From: Vicugna vicugna
Lineage: Eukaryota
NCBI GenBank assembly: GCA_013265495.1
Contig: MU058636.1
Coordinates: forward strand, 7,084,295-7,148,294
Direction of reading: 5' to 3'
Length of the DNA: 64,000 nt
Position numbers and translations under genes: made by a program. Below are positions 12,038 to 25,299 of this stretch, piece after piece. Each line of letters opens with the position of its first letter. Positions within the stretch are counted from its first letter, which is position 1. The notes under the pieces were generated by a model. It saw only the letters and a list, made by a program, of their open reading frames with translations. It was not told the DNA's origin and ran no database searches.

Positions 12038-15000
12038 GTGCAAAGGAACGAGCTATCTCTTGAGGAGGCCTGGATGCTTCACTGAAGCACATGAGAGGAT
12101 CCATAAGGGTTTTAAACATCCAGGTACACCGGGATCTGTTTCTTCCCACATCTGATCTAGGTCCATAATTGAACTTCTACATGTGTTTCTTACATACTTC
12201 CTCAAAGTGTTCTGACAATATTGACAAAACAGTGGTTTTCTATTTCATTTTTATGTAGCATCTAATATTTAACAAAAGCATGATGGAAAAATTAATAACA
12301 ATATTTGTGTAAGATTATGCAAGCAAGAACCAAAAATGAGAAAGTAAATAAAAACAGTGTCCCTGTCCAGACGTCCTTTCCCTGGGGCTTAGATGACATG
12401 GACAGGATTACAGAGTGAGCGGGGAGCTGGCTGTCTTGCTCTTCACCAAGTCCGTGCTGCAGTCAGCTCTCAGTCACAGAGAAAGTTGAATCCTGGAGGT
12501 TTCTGTTCTCTGTATTGAATGCTGGGAAAGGTTAATCCTGGAATCATCAGACCTTTTCAGTTTTTCTTTATTTGTATAAGCATTAAACCTGAGAGGGGAA
12601 AAATGAGAGGTAGTAAATAGAATATGGAGAGAATGTAGGCTCCGTTCAGATGTAGCTCTCTTGCGTACTGGGCAGACTTAGACTTATTTCCTAAGCTCCC
12701 TGAACTTCTGTCTCCCCTTCTTTAAGATGAACACAATAGTATTTACATAACAGAGAACTAAATGCACTAATGTAGGTGAGTCACCTGGTATAACGCCCAA
12801 CACACAGGGGCATTCAGTGACTGGTAGCTACACAGAAGATTTCCAAAATTGTCAGTTGAGGGTTCACCATCTTTGGTGTGATTGAAAAAAATCTAGTGAA
12901 AGATTTATTTAATTTTGTTCTAATAAAATAAAAATCAAGAACTTTTTATAAAATATATAATATTTTTCATGTGATAAATAATTGCTTTTTCATCTCTTTA
13001 AATTACCAAATTACCAAAACCTTAAGCATCAAATAACTGAAATTAAATTAAATGTTTATGGAAACTTGAGATGCACATTTATTTAGATGAAATCTTTTAT
13101 TATATTTATAATATTCTTACTCTTTCCTTAGCTGACTTAACCAAACAGTTGAAGAGCACAGAAGCAATGAAAATTCCTTATCAGTAAAATTTATTAGACC
13201 CCCCCTCATCTGATTAGACATCACAGGTTCAAGTTTTACTCACTACATGTCCAGGTTAGAGGTCATGTGTATTGTTTGACATGATGGACAGCTCGTGAAA
13301 CAATCTGTCATCGACTTATCTTTTCAATACCCAACCAACAGTGGATGTAGAGGTTTTTCCCCCAGTTTATATAGATTTTCCTCATGGAGATGTGACATTG
13401 TGGTGAAATCTATCTTAAAACATGAAACATGCTACTGCTTCACTTATTTACATACACTCATGTGAACTTTGCTCTGAAATTACAGTGGTTACATGACTTT
13501 GACATGAAGCACAGCCCCTGCTCATTAAAGTATAAATGGAATTTTCCTATTTCCCAGTCATGCCCTCTGATAAATGAAGTAGTTTCATCACAAGGCCAAG
13601 TCCTACTAATATTGACATGAGCGTAAGACATCACACACACATTCACTGAGTAGAAGAAATATATTTTGTTAACACAGGAGTTGTTTGACTGACAGATGAT
13701 GATAAGCATAACCATTTTCCCAAATTATTATGCCACTTAAAAGAGGAAGTGATAATGCCTGGCGGCTTCGAAATATGATAATGCAAATGAATGCACTGAA
13801 GTGTGAAAACTCTCAACCGTCCACCCTTGATACTGCCAAATGTCTACGTACCACGTAGAACAGAGTTTCAGCGGTTAGGGTGGGGAATGCTCAACTCGGC
13901 AATACGGCGCAAGTTCCTACAGCTTTTTCATCGTAAAGTAACAATACCTGAAATGAAATTAGTTTGATTTACTTCAGTAATAATCTACCTAGTGCTCGAG
14001 TTTCAGCAACAAAATGTGAAAAATGGGCAAAACTACTAAGTGCCTTGGTAGCTAACTATGATGACACAAAACTTATTAGAAGACAAAATGTGAATGTCTT
14101 AATTTAATTATTTACCATCTGCCAAAAATCCTACTAAATATGAAATTTTTTTCTAAATGTATATTGAGGGTCGCCTCAACATATAATGCAATTTGAAAAT
14201 CATTTTTGTTAATCTGGCTTCTGTTGCAGTGCAGAGGATGAGTACTATTTTAAGACAAGGTATTAGTGGCAGAATCTGGGTACCGTTTTCAACTCACGGA
14301 ATAATCCCAGCCGAGGGTGTAATTGCAAGGGGGAAGTGCAGAAGGGCACCAGTTTCAGGACTGGGTTTATTTAAATTAGGAAGTGTATTCTCTCTTTCCC
14401 TTGTTCTTTCATCACACAAGCATTTATTGCACACCTACTCTGTGCCAGGCACAGGAGAGAAAGACGGTAAGAACTAGCCCCTATCTGTAGGGGTTTACAG
14501 TCATTTTTTTGTTTCTCCAAGGGTATTTTATGCTCTTTTGTCTCTAATCAAAAGTGCAAAGGAACAAGTTGATCCACATTCTCTGCGGTAACCAGAAATA
14601 GTGAGTTTCTTTTATTTGTTTGGTTTTTTTCTCCGCTGGTGTTTGTTGGAGACACACAACAGGGTGGCCGGGAGCTTCGAGGACTTACACAGACGTCCCG
14701 AACCAGTCCTGCTTCTCCTGTCTGCAGTGTCTGCTTAGCTTCTTTTCTCGTGCCGTCCCACTTAGCCAAGCGTCCCAGCCTTTCAGAAAGAGGGCTAGAG
14801 GGATGAAAATACCGCAGCTTGTCCCGCTTTGACAAACATTGAGCTGTTAAAGAAGGAACTGGGAAGAATGGGAGCGCTTTCCTTGCGTGTGCTCTTGGGA
14901 GAATACTCCTGGGGAAGGAGAAGAGAGCCTGCCCCATACGCTTTTATTTCCCCAGCCCCATGACACACCGAAAGTATAGCATTATTGTGGCAAAATTAGG

Positions 15001-15571
15001 CTGAAGTCAGTCTCTTTTAACCTTGCTCCCAGCAGAAACAAAGTGTTCAGTAGAGACGATCTTGAAACTGATGGCATAGGCTCATTATCTTGCTACTTAA
15101 TGCTTAGAAAGCTTTTAGAACTGACACGAGAAGATTTAAGATATTTTATTTATATCTCCATTGTTTTTATGTAAAAACAGTTACTTTTCACTAAGATATT
15201 TAAAACCAATTTTCTTATAAATAATTCTAGGATAATGAGAACAATAACAGCCAACATTTGACTTGTTATTATGCTAGACGTCGTGCTAAGCATCGCACAT
15301 AGATTTTCTCATTTTATCCTCACAACTCTGATGAATTGCACTGGTTGTATTTCCTTTCGTTTGTTACCTATTATCTCTCTACCATAGGTAGGTAGAATAT
15401 ATTATTTTTTAGAAGCCTAGTGATTGGCTTATCTTCTAGATTCCCTTCACCATTCCTGTATGCCCTTCCCTAAGGACAGTCACGTCAGATATGAGCAGAA
15501 GAGGCAAACTTCTGTCCCATTTACCTATGACTGTCATCCTAAATTTTGCTTATCAGAATACCACTTTGTTC

Positions 15572-15700
15572 TTTTTTTAATTGAAGTACAGTAATTACAG
15601 TGTGTCAGTTTCTGGTGTACAGTACAATGTTCCAGTCATGCATATATATACATATCTTTGTTTTCATATTTTTTTCATTAGAGGTTGTTACAAGATACAA
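15572..15700 (-). mobile_element. Short 5'-truncated young L1 3' end with target-site duplication
   Basis: T-run + aattgaagtacag...tttctggtgtacag; flanked by aataccactttg (15557-15568) and aatgccactttg (15701-15712). Confidence 0.75.
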
Positions 15701-16510
15701 AATGCCACTTTGGCTCGAAGTTTCTTCAGAATCTAATTAATTGTGTTTATTCACTCAGTGAAAAAGTATAAAAAGAAATATACTCAATTATATAGCCAGT
15801 AAAATAGAAACAAAATATAAATATATGATTTATATAAAAATATAAACTTTCTTTTCTTCGTGCTTCTTTACTTCAGGTTTCATTTCTTAAGGATACATGT
15901 GGAAATTGTGATAAGGTTAGCTGAAGTTCACTTGATGCTGAAAATCCATATTAAGCAAATTAATAGTGTGTGTAAAGTTGCAGAGGGGAGGTTTAATTTA
16001 TTTAAAAGAACAAATTTTTCACACATTCTACAAACACAGATTTCCAAGTTAAAAGCATTCTGACCAACAAGAACAACCTAGAACTGAAGCACCTTATGTT
16101 TTAGTTGGAATTTGAAAGATTTTTCTTTGTTCTTACATTCCATTTTATTTTGACTTTTTAATTATAACAATTTTCAGAAGAAAAGCACCAACAAGAATTA
16201 ATACCCACTTACCCAACATCTAGATATTATAATTACTAACATTTTAGCTTTTTTGGCTTGTTTTACTGAAGTGTTTTAAGGTAAATTAAAATTATCATAC
16301 TTTATCCCTAAATCCTTTAATATGAAAAAAGCATTTTCCTGCATAAATGAAATACCATCATCACACCTAATAAAACTTATGGCAATTTTCTAATATTATC
16401 TACCACTGTACCCATAATCAGTTTTCTCAGTTACCTGCCATATGTTTTTAAAAATTGATTCAAGCCAGGATTCAGCCAAGGGTCACATAGTACATTTCTT
16501 TTAAATAAGC

Positions 16511-17622
16511 ATTTTTATCTTTTTCCTTTTTTATTGTAGTTGATATGCAAAATTATATTAGTTTCAAGTATACACCATAGTGAATCAAAGTTTTTATAGA
16601 TTATATTCCATTTAAAGTTCTCATAAAAATATTGGCTATATTCCTTGTGCTGTACAATATATTCTTATAGTTTATTTACTTTATACATAGTAGTTTGTAC
16701 CTATTACTCCCCTACAACTATTTTGTCTCTCCCTGCTTCCCTCTCCTCACTATTAATTTGTAGCCATTAATTTGTTCTCTGTATGTGTGAGTCTGTTTGT
16801 TTTGTTATGTTCATTCTTTTGTTTTATTTTTTAGATTCCGCATGTAAGTGATATCATACAGTATTTGTTTTTTTCTGTCTGACTTATTTCACTAAGCATA
16901 ATACCCTCCAGGTTCATCTGTGATGTTGCAAATGAGAAAATTTTCATTCTTTTTATGGCTGAGTAGTATTCCATCCAAGTACTACATCTTCATTATCCAT
17001 TCATCTGTTAACGGACACTTAGGTTGCTTTTGTATCTTGACTATTGTAAATAATGCTGCAGTGAACATTGGGGTGCATGTATCTTTTCAAATTAGTGTTC
17101 TCATTTTCTTTGGATATATACCCTGGAGTGGAATTGCTGGATCATGTGTTACTTTCATTTTCAGTTTTCTGAGGAATCTCCATACTATTTTCCATAGTGG
17201 CTGCACCAGCTTACATTCCCAGCAACTGTGAACAAGGATTCCCTTTTCTCCACATCCTTGTCAGCCCTTATTATTTGTGGTCTTTTTGATGATGGCCATT
17301 CTGATAGGTATAAAGTGATATCTCACTGTGGTTTTGATTTGCATTTCTTTGGTGGTTAACGATGTTGAGCATCTTTTCATGTGCCTCTTGGCCATCTGTA
17401 TGTGTTCTTTGGAAAAATGTCTTTTCAGATCTTCTGCCTATTTTTTAATTGAGGTGTTTTCTTTTTGATATTGATTTGCATGAGCTGTTTATGTATGTTG
17501 GATGTTAACCCCTTATTGGTTATGCCATTTGTAAATATTTTCTCCCATTCTAAAGGTTGTCTTTTCATTTTGTTGATGGTTTCCTTTGCTATACAAAAGC
17601 TTTAAATTTTCATTAAGTCCCA
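16511..17622 (-). mobile_element. L1 3' fragment (ORF2 C-terminus + 3'UTR), L1MA-like, inserted in an older L1 remnant
   Basis: Classic antisense L1 text: ccattcatctgttaacggacacttaggttg, gtggctgcaccagcttacattcccagcaa, gttttgatttgcatttc, gatgttgagcatcttttcatgtgcct. Confidence 0.9.
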
Positions 17623-18264
17623 TGATGGCACAATATGTTTGATTCTTATGTCTCTTAAGTGTCCTTTAGGCTAGAATAGTTCCTAACCACTACCCTTTTT
17701 TTCCCATTATACTAACTGATTGAAGAAACCATGCCAGTTCTCCTGTAGAATATCCCACCTTCTGAATTTGTCGTTCTTCTTTATATTTTCATTTAAAGTT
17801 TTGATATATGGTTTATATATGCAAATATCAGTGAAGATGGATGAAAGGAATTTATATTTGGAAATATATGATCTTTATTGTTTTCTGTTTAAAATACAAA
17901 GTTATTATAATTTATTAAAATTTATGAAAGTTGCAGTGTTCACATTTGAAAGGTATTTCTGGATCATATAATTTTAAGAGCCATCTAAAATTATATACAT
18001 GTGATAAACCAAATACTTAACCAAACCGTAAATAAAAGGGTGACAAAAACCTAAAAATCTTCATTATTTTCACTCCCCAGAGACAACTATTGTTGTAGTT
18101 TCATGTATACTCTTCAAAATTTTTTCTCAATATTTAAGCAAAAATATATTACATATATACCATAGGATTTTTAAAAAAACATTGATAATGCTAAATGATG
18201 CTGTTTTTGCAACTGACTTTTTTCAATCCTGGTACTAGTCATGATAATTTAATGTTATCTATAA

Positions 18265-18897
18265 TCCATTCTCCACAGAACCATGGAGGCACCTTTCTAA
18301 AGCCTAACTCGGATCGTGTTTCTCTCCTGCTTAAAACCATTCAGTGACTTTCCACTGCACTTACCATAAAATGTATTTCATCACTCTGGTCTACAAAGCC
18401 ATATAATATAACAATACCTGCTTTCTCACCTCGTCTCATAAAGTCTTCTACTTGTCTGTTATGCTCAGGTCACACTGCTTTTCTTTCTGTTCCTTGAACA
18501 TGTCACAGGTTCCCTTTCGAGCCTTTGCACTAGCTTTTCTCTGTCTTGAATTCTTTTACTCCAGAATTTCTTATGACTGGCTTTCTCTGGTCATTCATGT
18601 CTCTCCCAGAGGTTCTTGAGAGATGCCTTCCCTATCACCCAGTTGCTGCTATCCTGTTACTGTTTTAATTGTCAGTAGAGCACTTATCTCTGGTATTTTC
18701 TCATTTACCAAATTGTTTGTTTAGATTTTGTCTGTCTCTGTCTCTACAGGCAGGCAGTCAGACATATACACAAACACTTAAATGCACAAACGCACACACA
18801 TGCATTTGAATGCAAACTTCATGAGAACAGCAACCTCGTTTGTCTTATTCTAAGGTCTAGCACAATTTTTGACACATAGTAGGTACTCAATATTTAT
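18265..18897 (+). mobile_element. L2 LINE 3' portion
   Basis: ctcctgcttaaaaccattcagtgactttccactgcactta ... tctagcacaatttttgacacatagtaggtactcaata 3' end. Confidence 0.8.
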
Positions 18898-19289
18898 AAA
18901 AGCAGTTTATCTTGGAATTTTTTTCTAACCAGCCTTTTTGATTAGTGGAATAATATACAGTAGTGTGGATGTATCATCATTTATGTAACCAGTTCCCTAT
19001 TGGAAATTTAAACTACTTTCAGTTTTTGTTTGCCTTTTGAAGCAAGTCTGTGAAAGTATCCCTGTATTTTATTCTTTCCACTTTGTAAATTCCTCAAAAT
19101 GGAATTGCTAGATCAAAAACATGCATTTTTTAAAAAGTATTACCACAAGAAATTCATACCAACTGTATTCCTACCAACAGTATCATGAGATGTCATGTTT
19201 TGCTACACCCTGGCCAACACTGAATATTGTGAAACTTAATCATTTTTGATAATCTAATGAATAAAAATAATTTTTTTCACATTTTGAGT

Positions 19290-19790
19290 GTACTTCTGAT
19301 CTTTGGTTGTAAGTTACAGGAAATCAACTTAAACTGGTTTAATTTGAAATATAAAGTTGTTCTGGCTCATATAACTGAGAAATACAGGGATGGGTCAGTT
19401 CAGGAAAACTGGGTCCAAGGGCTCACCAGTGTCATAGGATGCCACATCGCTGTTACTTTTCTGCACTGGCATCATTCTCAGGCAGGCTTCCCTATGTTAT
19501 AGCAGTGATGCCTTTGTAACCCCACCAGACACAGAGAATGCTTCTTTCCCAGGTTGTCTCAGCAAGGTTACATTGGAATAACGAGAATCACATGCTCATT
19601 TCTGTAACGATATTCGTGGCCATATGAATAGAATATGCTGACTGACAGGTCTGGATCACATGTCTACCAAAAAGGTCTGAAAATAGATAGATTCAGCCCA
19701 CCCTAACCAGGTAGACCAAGAGTAGAGAAGGAGTGGTTCATAAAGGAAGAAGGAATAATGGATGCTGAACAGAAAAACAAGATACCCAGT
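19290..19790. mobile_element. MLT1-family LTR interrupting an old antisense L1 (L1ME-like, about 18930-20060)
   Basis: tttggttgtaagttacaggaaatcaact...ctggctcatataactgaga...gaatatgctgactgacaggtctggatcacatgtc; L1ME-like text on both sides. Confidence 0.65.
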
Positions 19791-21507
19791 ACCTTGTATG
19801 AGCTGGTAATTTTTTTTCTACACATGTTGGAAATCTGCATTCTTTTTTCTGTGAATTCCCTATTCATCTCATTTGCTCATTTATTTAATTAGAACATTTC
19901 TTAGTTTCTTATTGAATAGTAAGAGCTCTTTTTTTTAAGGAAACTAGCCTTTTATCTTATGTGCTATAAATACTTTTCATCGTGTTGTCTTTTGATTTTG
20001 CCTAAAAATGTTGTCTAAAATTTCCATGTGGAAATTTAGAGTATTATACGATCAGATCAATCAGTCTTCATTCATTCAGGATTTATGATGCATCTAAAAA
20101 GAGCCAGATACTGAGGGTACAGAGATGAACAAAATGTAAGGCTTTGCCTTGAAGGGTTTGTCTACTGGGTAAAAAAAGTTATAAACTTGCCTAACTATCA
20201 CCAGATGGTGACATGTAGAGCTTCACAGATGGTATTTGAGCTGCTTCCAGAGGAATGAGTTGAAATTCCCCAGTCAGATAAGAAGAGAAGCAGGGAATCT
20301 ACTTGAGCACAGAAGCATCTGTAGGTATGATTTCTGTATTGTCATAACTGAAAGGCAAGAATTCTTGAAGCATCTTCTAAGGATTTCCAAGCCCTTGTTA
20401 TTATAATGCAAGATAACAAGATAACTTAGATATTTTAGAAGCTCAGAGGTAGTGGGTGTTTAACTAACTAAAAGCAATCCTTAGAAGTCAAACAATAAAT
20501 TAAGCAGCTATACAAAGCCTCAGCTGGTTCTGTAACGTGTGTAGCCATCAACCAGCACTGTGATCTTGATTTGATTTTCCTTTTCTTCATTATCCTTATC
20601 TAAAATGTAAGAGAGCTGAACCTGTAAAGTTCGTTCCATTTCTGAGGATCCATGATGGATGAAGAATCTTGTAGGCAGTTACAGAAGAAAAAAATGACAT
20701 AGGATCAGAATTTCATATTTAGCAGTGAAAAAGCAGTGCAGTGTTGTGGAAAGAGTAGAGACTCAGGTTTACCTCCTGTTTCCTCATCATGAAATTAGGT
20801 TCGTAATGAATGCTGTGTCTGCCTCACAGACTTTTGAAAATCAATCTAGAAAATGGCTGTGGACAATATCTTACACAAATATCTAGTATCATTAGCAGTT
20901 GCAGCAGCAATAGTGAACTCTTAAACATTATATGTATATAAATAGAATGCCAGTGCCATGAATATCATAGTTTCAAGTTTTTTGATGTGCTAGAATTTCG
21001 TGTTATTAATTTAATTGGACCTTTGATTTTTCCTTGAAAACTCTTTTTATTCTTACAGTTTTTAATCTATTTTAATGGCATTGCCCATACCTCTGATCAG
21101 TCCGCATTTATTTTTTGTTGATTTATTCAAATCAATCCAACTTTATGCTCAGACTTTGATATTTTCTAGAGTCCTTTTAGTGTCTCATATAGTACCATTT
21201 ACCCAATAAGTATTCTTAAATAATTTTTATTGCTCATTTTTTACCTATTTTATTTAATTTATATACCTATCCCATAGAAAAGACTTGATAAAACGTGGAT
21301 GGTTTTATTAAATAGAAAAGCATTGATAGATCAAAACTAAGAGAACGGAAAGGGAAAGAAAATAGGAAAATGAAACCAAAGAAAAACTTAACACTCAAAA
21401 ATATAAACTATGATTCTAATGAGAATTTTTCAAAGGACATTACAAGAAACACTAATTCTATGGCATGTTAACAGGAAAACAAAAGGAAGAATGAGGGTCT
21501 AGTAAAA

Positions 21508-21518
21508 ATAGATAGATT

Positions 21519-21552
<34 letters not shown>

Positions 21553-21554
21553 TA
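21508..21554. repeat. (TAGA)n(CAGA)n compound tetranucleotide repeat
   Basis: Seen directly. Confidence 0.9.
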
Positions 21555-24485
21555 AACACTGGAGTGAACAGAAATAATGCTGTTTACAATAATATTTTTC
21601 CGAACCTTTAATATAATGTAAATCTCCATAAACATCTATCAGGATTTTTGTTCCATATAATAAAATCACAGTTTATCAGGAAAACAAAGCTATTTGTGGT
21701 ATTTAAGGCAGAGACAAACGTATTTGTATTCGAAAAGGAGAAATCAGCTGATAACAGAAAATCCTCAACATCATTTCTTCAATAAATTCAGTAGTTTGAT
21801 GTAGATATAGTAATGTTACACATGTAATTTTCCATCAATTTTATGTTGAAAATAGAGCTTTTTGCAATCTATATAAGCTTTATAGCAGTTTTAGAAATTG
21901 AATTATAATGATAAAGCATTGTAAAGGTAGAATTTTTTTTTAATTTTGCATTGCTATCTGCATCATTTTCTGTTACCTGTTAGTGTCAGCGTGTAACATA
22001 CAAACTCACAAGGACAAAATAACAGCAAATCCAATAGCAAGTTCTGAACCTGCAGTTACACTCTTCACGTGGGAGCCTTTGGAAGTACAGAGGTGGCTGT
22101 GTCTGAATGCCTACTGTTTTAGCGAAAACGAAAATGAAACTGATTATTGCTACAGTAATTGAAATAAAAACTTAAAAAGATTGCAAAATAAATATAAGTT
22201 TCATTAAGTGTAGTTTTAGTTTTTTTTTACCAGAATTCTACCTTATTTATTTACTAAATCCAGATGGTATTGACATTGTATTATTTGCTTAGTTTTTAAA
22301 ATAATAACAAACTTATAACCTTATCAGTTTATATGTAGGTTAAGTAGATAGGTGGATGATTAATTACTAGGGTAGGTAGGAGATAAGATAGGTAGGTAGA
22401 TGGTTAGATATTACATCTATTTGGATCTCATAAGGAAAGATGTCATCTGTGATGCAACTCTCACTTCCCAAATAGGTATTTTTTAGAATTTTTCCTTTGA
22501 ATGATTTATTGCTACTTGATCAAATCAAAATAATAGAAAAATATTGAATACAAACCAAGTTGTTTACATTTGTTTTATAAAATTTATTTTTAAATGCACT
22601 AGATAAAAATTCAAAATTAGACATGTATTTTAAGGAGTTACTCTTGGAGGCATACATAGACTTTAATACAGGGCAGCTGTTTCCTACAATGTGTTATTCT
22701 GTAAAACACTCCAATAAAATGACTTTGATGAAACTTGAGTAAAATAAAAACTGTAAATATTTATTTTATCCCTTTTCCAGTAGTTTAGGAGAAGCCTGGA
22801 AAAGATTAAGAGAAAGGGCCATGAGGCCCTTTTTGGGGTTTTGGTTTTGTGAGGTCCTACAGAACAAGCAGTATCAGGTAAGGGCAGTCCTGAGGGATTG
22901 TGCAGACATTTTATGCATGTGAAGGATCTTCGAGCGTATTCAGCACAGAATGAAGCACTAAACATTTTAAATGCTTTGAAAAAATATACTTAATAATATT
23001 GAGTTAGAAGAGCAAATGTCTGCACATGTAGAAAAGTATAAAATATGTAGGCCATTTGAAATGAAAAACTTACTATATCAATCCAGTAACAGAACTCACA
23101 TTCATTTCATTATAGTAATTATTCTTTTACCAAAAAAGTAATTATGTATTTGTTTTAAATATTATTAACATTTTATGTGACATTTAATGAAATCACATTG
23201 CCTTTTTATATGCAAGTAATAACATTTGAAAAATGATCAGTGACATTTAACACAGAATAAAGTTTAAGCCTTAGAATATTTAAAAATATATTTAAACCAA
23301 AGTTTTAAAAAATTAAGTATCTCAATAATTTAGTCTTTGTTAAGTCATAATTAAGTTTAAGGAAAATTAACATAATTTGTAAATACTTTTAATATTTAGA
23401 ATAAGAATATTTGCAAATAAGAGTTTATCATGGAAAGTACTAACAATTGCTGACATCACTGTATTGTTTGAATTAGTCCCCTGGGACCAAAAGAAAAAGC
23501 TTGCAAGCAATTTATAAATGAATCTTTCTCTCTTGTGTAATATTATTTGTCTCATTGAAACACTAATTTTCTACTACTTCTCATGTTAAAATTAAGCCTT
23601 GGGGGAACTTCATAGCTAACCAGTAATACTAAATTTTGAAGTAAAGAGATTATATATTATATTTAGTATTCATCTTTTCTTCTCTATAGAAACATTTATT
23701 CTTTATAGTATGCCTTCCAAAACAAAATAATGTTGCTATTAGGTATCATATGAATGTATTCCATATGTCATTAAACCAAAATCAGACAAAAACCTAAGCT
23801 AAGGCAATTTGCTGTTTGAAATCATGAGGACTATATGCTAGAAATTCTTAATGATGTGTGCTGGCAGTTTGAGACAATGATTCAACTAAGACATGCTTTA
23901 TTGAAAAAAAATACATATATTGTATCCTGAGCATTTTACTGTGTGCTCAGCTAAAGGGATTAATGTCATAATGGTGGTGTGATGGTATTGATGGAACAAG
24001 TCTTGGTGGCCTTAGCAGAATGCTTTCCAGGGAATCTGAATTGTCTGGATTATTCCCATCAGCCTTAGGTTTGCAGTTTAACTTCATAAAAAGGATATTA
24101 CGTCATCTGTATAATGACAGAGTGGGATTAACATTCCGACAGGGTTTCCATAGGAGTGATTGTTGTCTTTCACACCCTGATGACAGGCTATTAAGACAAG
24201 GTTTTCTCCAAAGTGATTGTCATGTGGTCAACTGCTTCACTTTCTCCTCACTGTATTTCCTATGATCAAGCTAAGTGTTCACTATGGTTGTGATTAAGTA
24301 GACAGGAAAATAACATCAAATACTGATTTTGCCTTAACGGTTTATACAAGATCATCTCTGTAATCTACTTTACTGAAACTTTCAGTAAAACCTAGAAACC
24401 TTGCATACCTAAATAATCATCTTGAGTGATTTTTAGCAAGTGTAGTGGTTATCAAAATCAAATATCAGTATCAGAGCCAAGCAGA

Positions 24486-24520
24486 GTGGGTATAGCTCAG
24501 TGGTAGAGCATTTGACTGCA
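24486..24520 (+). pseudogene. tRNA-Cys(GCA) 5'-half fragment, tailless retropseudogene-like
   Basis: GTGGGTATAGCTCAGTGGTAGAGCATTTGACTGCA matches the recalled 5' 35 nt of mammalian tRNA-Cys-GCA with one mismatch. It stops at the anticodon, with no T-arm and no poly(A). Confidence 0.8.
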
Positions 24521-24677
24521 ATATCAGAACCGAACTGGATAAAAATGTAATACAAAATAAGTTCTTTATGTTCTATAATTAAACGAATGAACAGTAAATA
24601 CTTTCGGGTAAAGAGTCATACTGTAGAAAAGCTAATATGACTGTATTAAACAGAATGCTGCTTTTTCTTTTTTTCAG

Positions 24678-24818
24678 CCAATTGGTGCTTTGAACCCAAA
24701 GAGAGCTGTGTTTTACGCAGAGCGTTACGAGACGTGGGAAGATGATCAAAGTCCACCCTACCATTATAACACACATTATTCAACAGCAACGTCCACCTTA
24801 TCCTGGCTTGTTCGAATT
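24678..24818 (+). CDS. NBEA: Neurobeachin BEACH-domain coding exon (141 nt, phase 0/0)
   Basis: tttttttcAG acceptor, ATT|GTGAGT donor. Translates [47 protein letters not shown], in frame with the previous exon; NBEA-type rather than LRBA-type residues. Confidence 0.97.
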
Positions 24819-25299
24819 GTGAGTGTCTTCATCAAGTTACGGTTTGCCTTAAATCTTGAAGTATTTAACATAAGTAAATTAAATAGAAATCAAGTATACT
24901 TGCTATTTGTTTTAAACAAAGATTAGAGGCCAGTGAAGTAGAAATGAGAGATTCCAACCTCTAGCAGAACCTGAATCCTTGTTGTTAATGAGTTGTCTTA
25001 TTTGCAAAGTCGGGTTAGAAAGGTAGATTATTGTTAGTTTCTTAAACCTGAACCAGTTATAAAAGGAACCAAAGTCCTGGAGTGCATCCTTAATATCTGA
25101 AGTTTCCTTTCCCACTGTCACAGGCTGGCAGTCTCCTTAGCCCTCTCAACCTTGCATCTTGGATAGTATATTTTAAAAACAGTTTTCTAAATGGTTTTGA
25201 AGACTACTTTCATTTACTTTCTCTTTCTCCTGAAACATAACTATATCCAAGTCTCTTCAATCTTTTAAATACATACATACATACATACATAATGTATGT

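Noticed and set aside
16920..17231. 103-aa hydrophobic ORF as a membrane protein
   Set aside because: It is the antisense reading of an L1 3' region, a common artefact.
24486..24560. Functional tRNA-Cys gene
   Set aside because: Similarity stops at the anticodon; there is no B box, T-arm or 3' acceptor strand.
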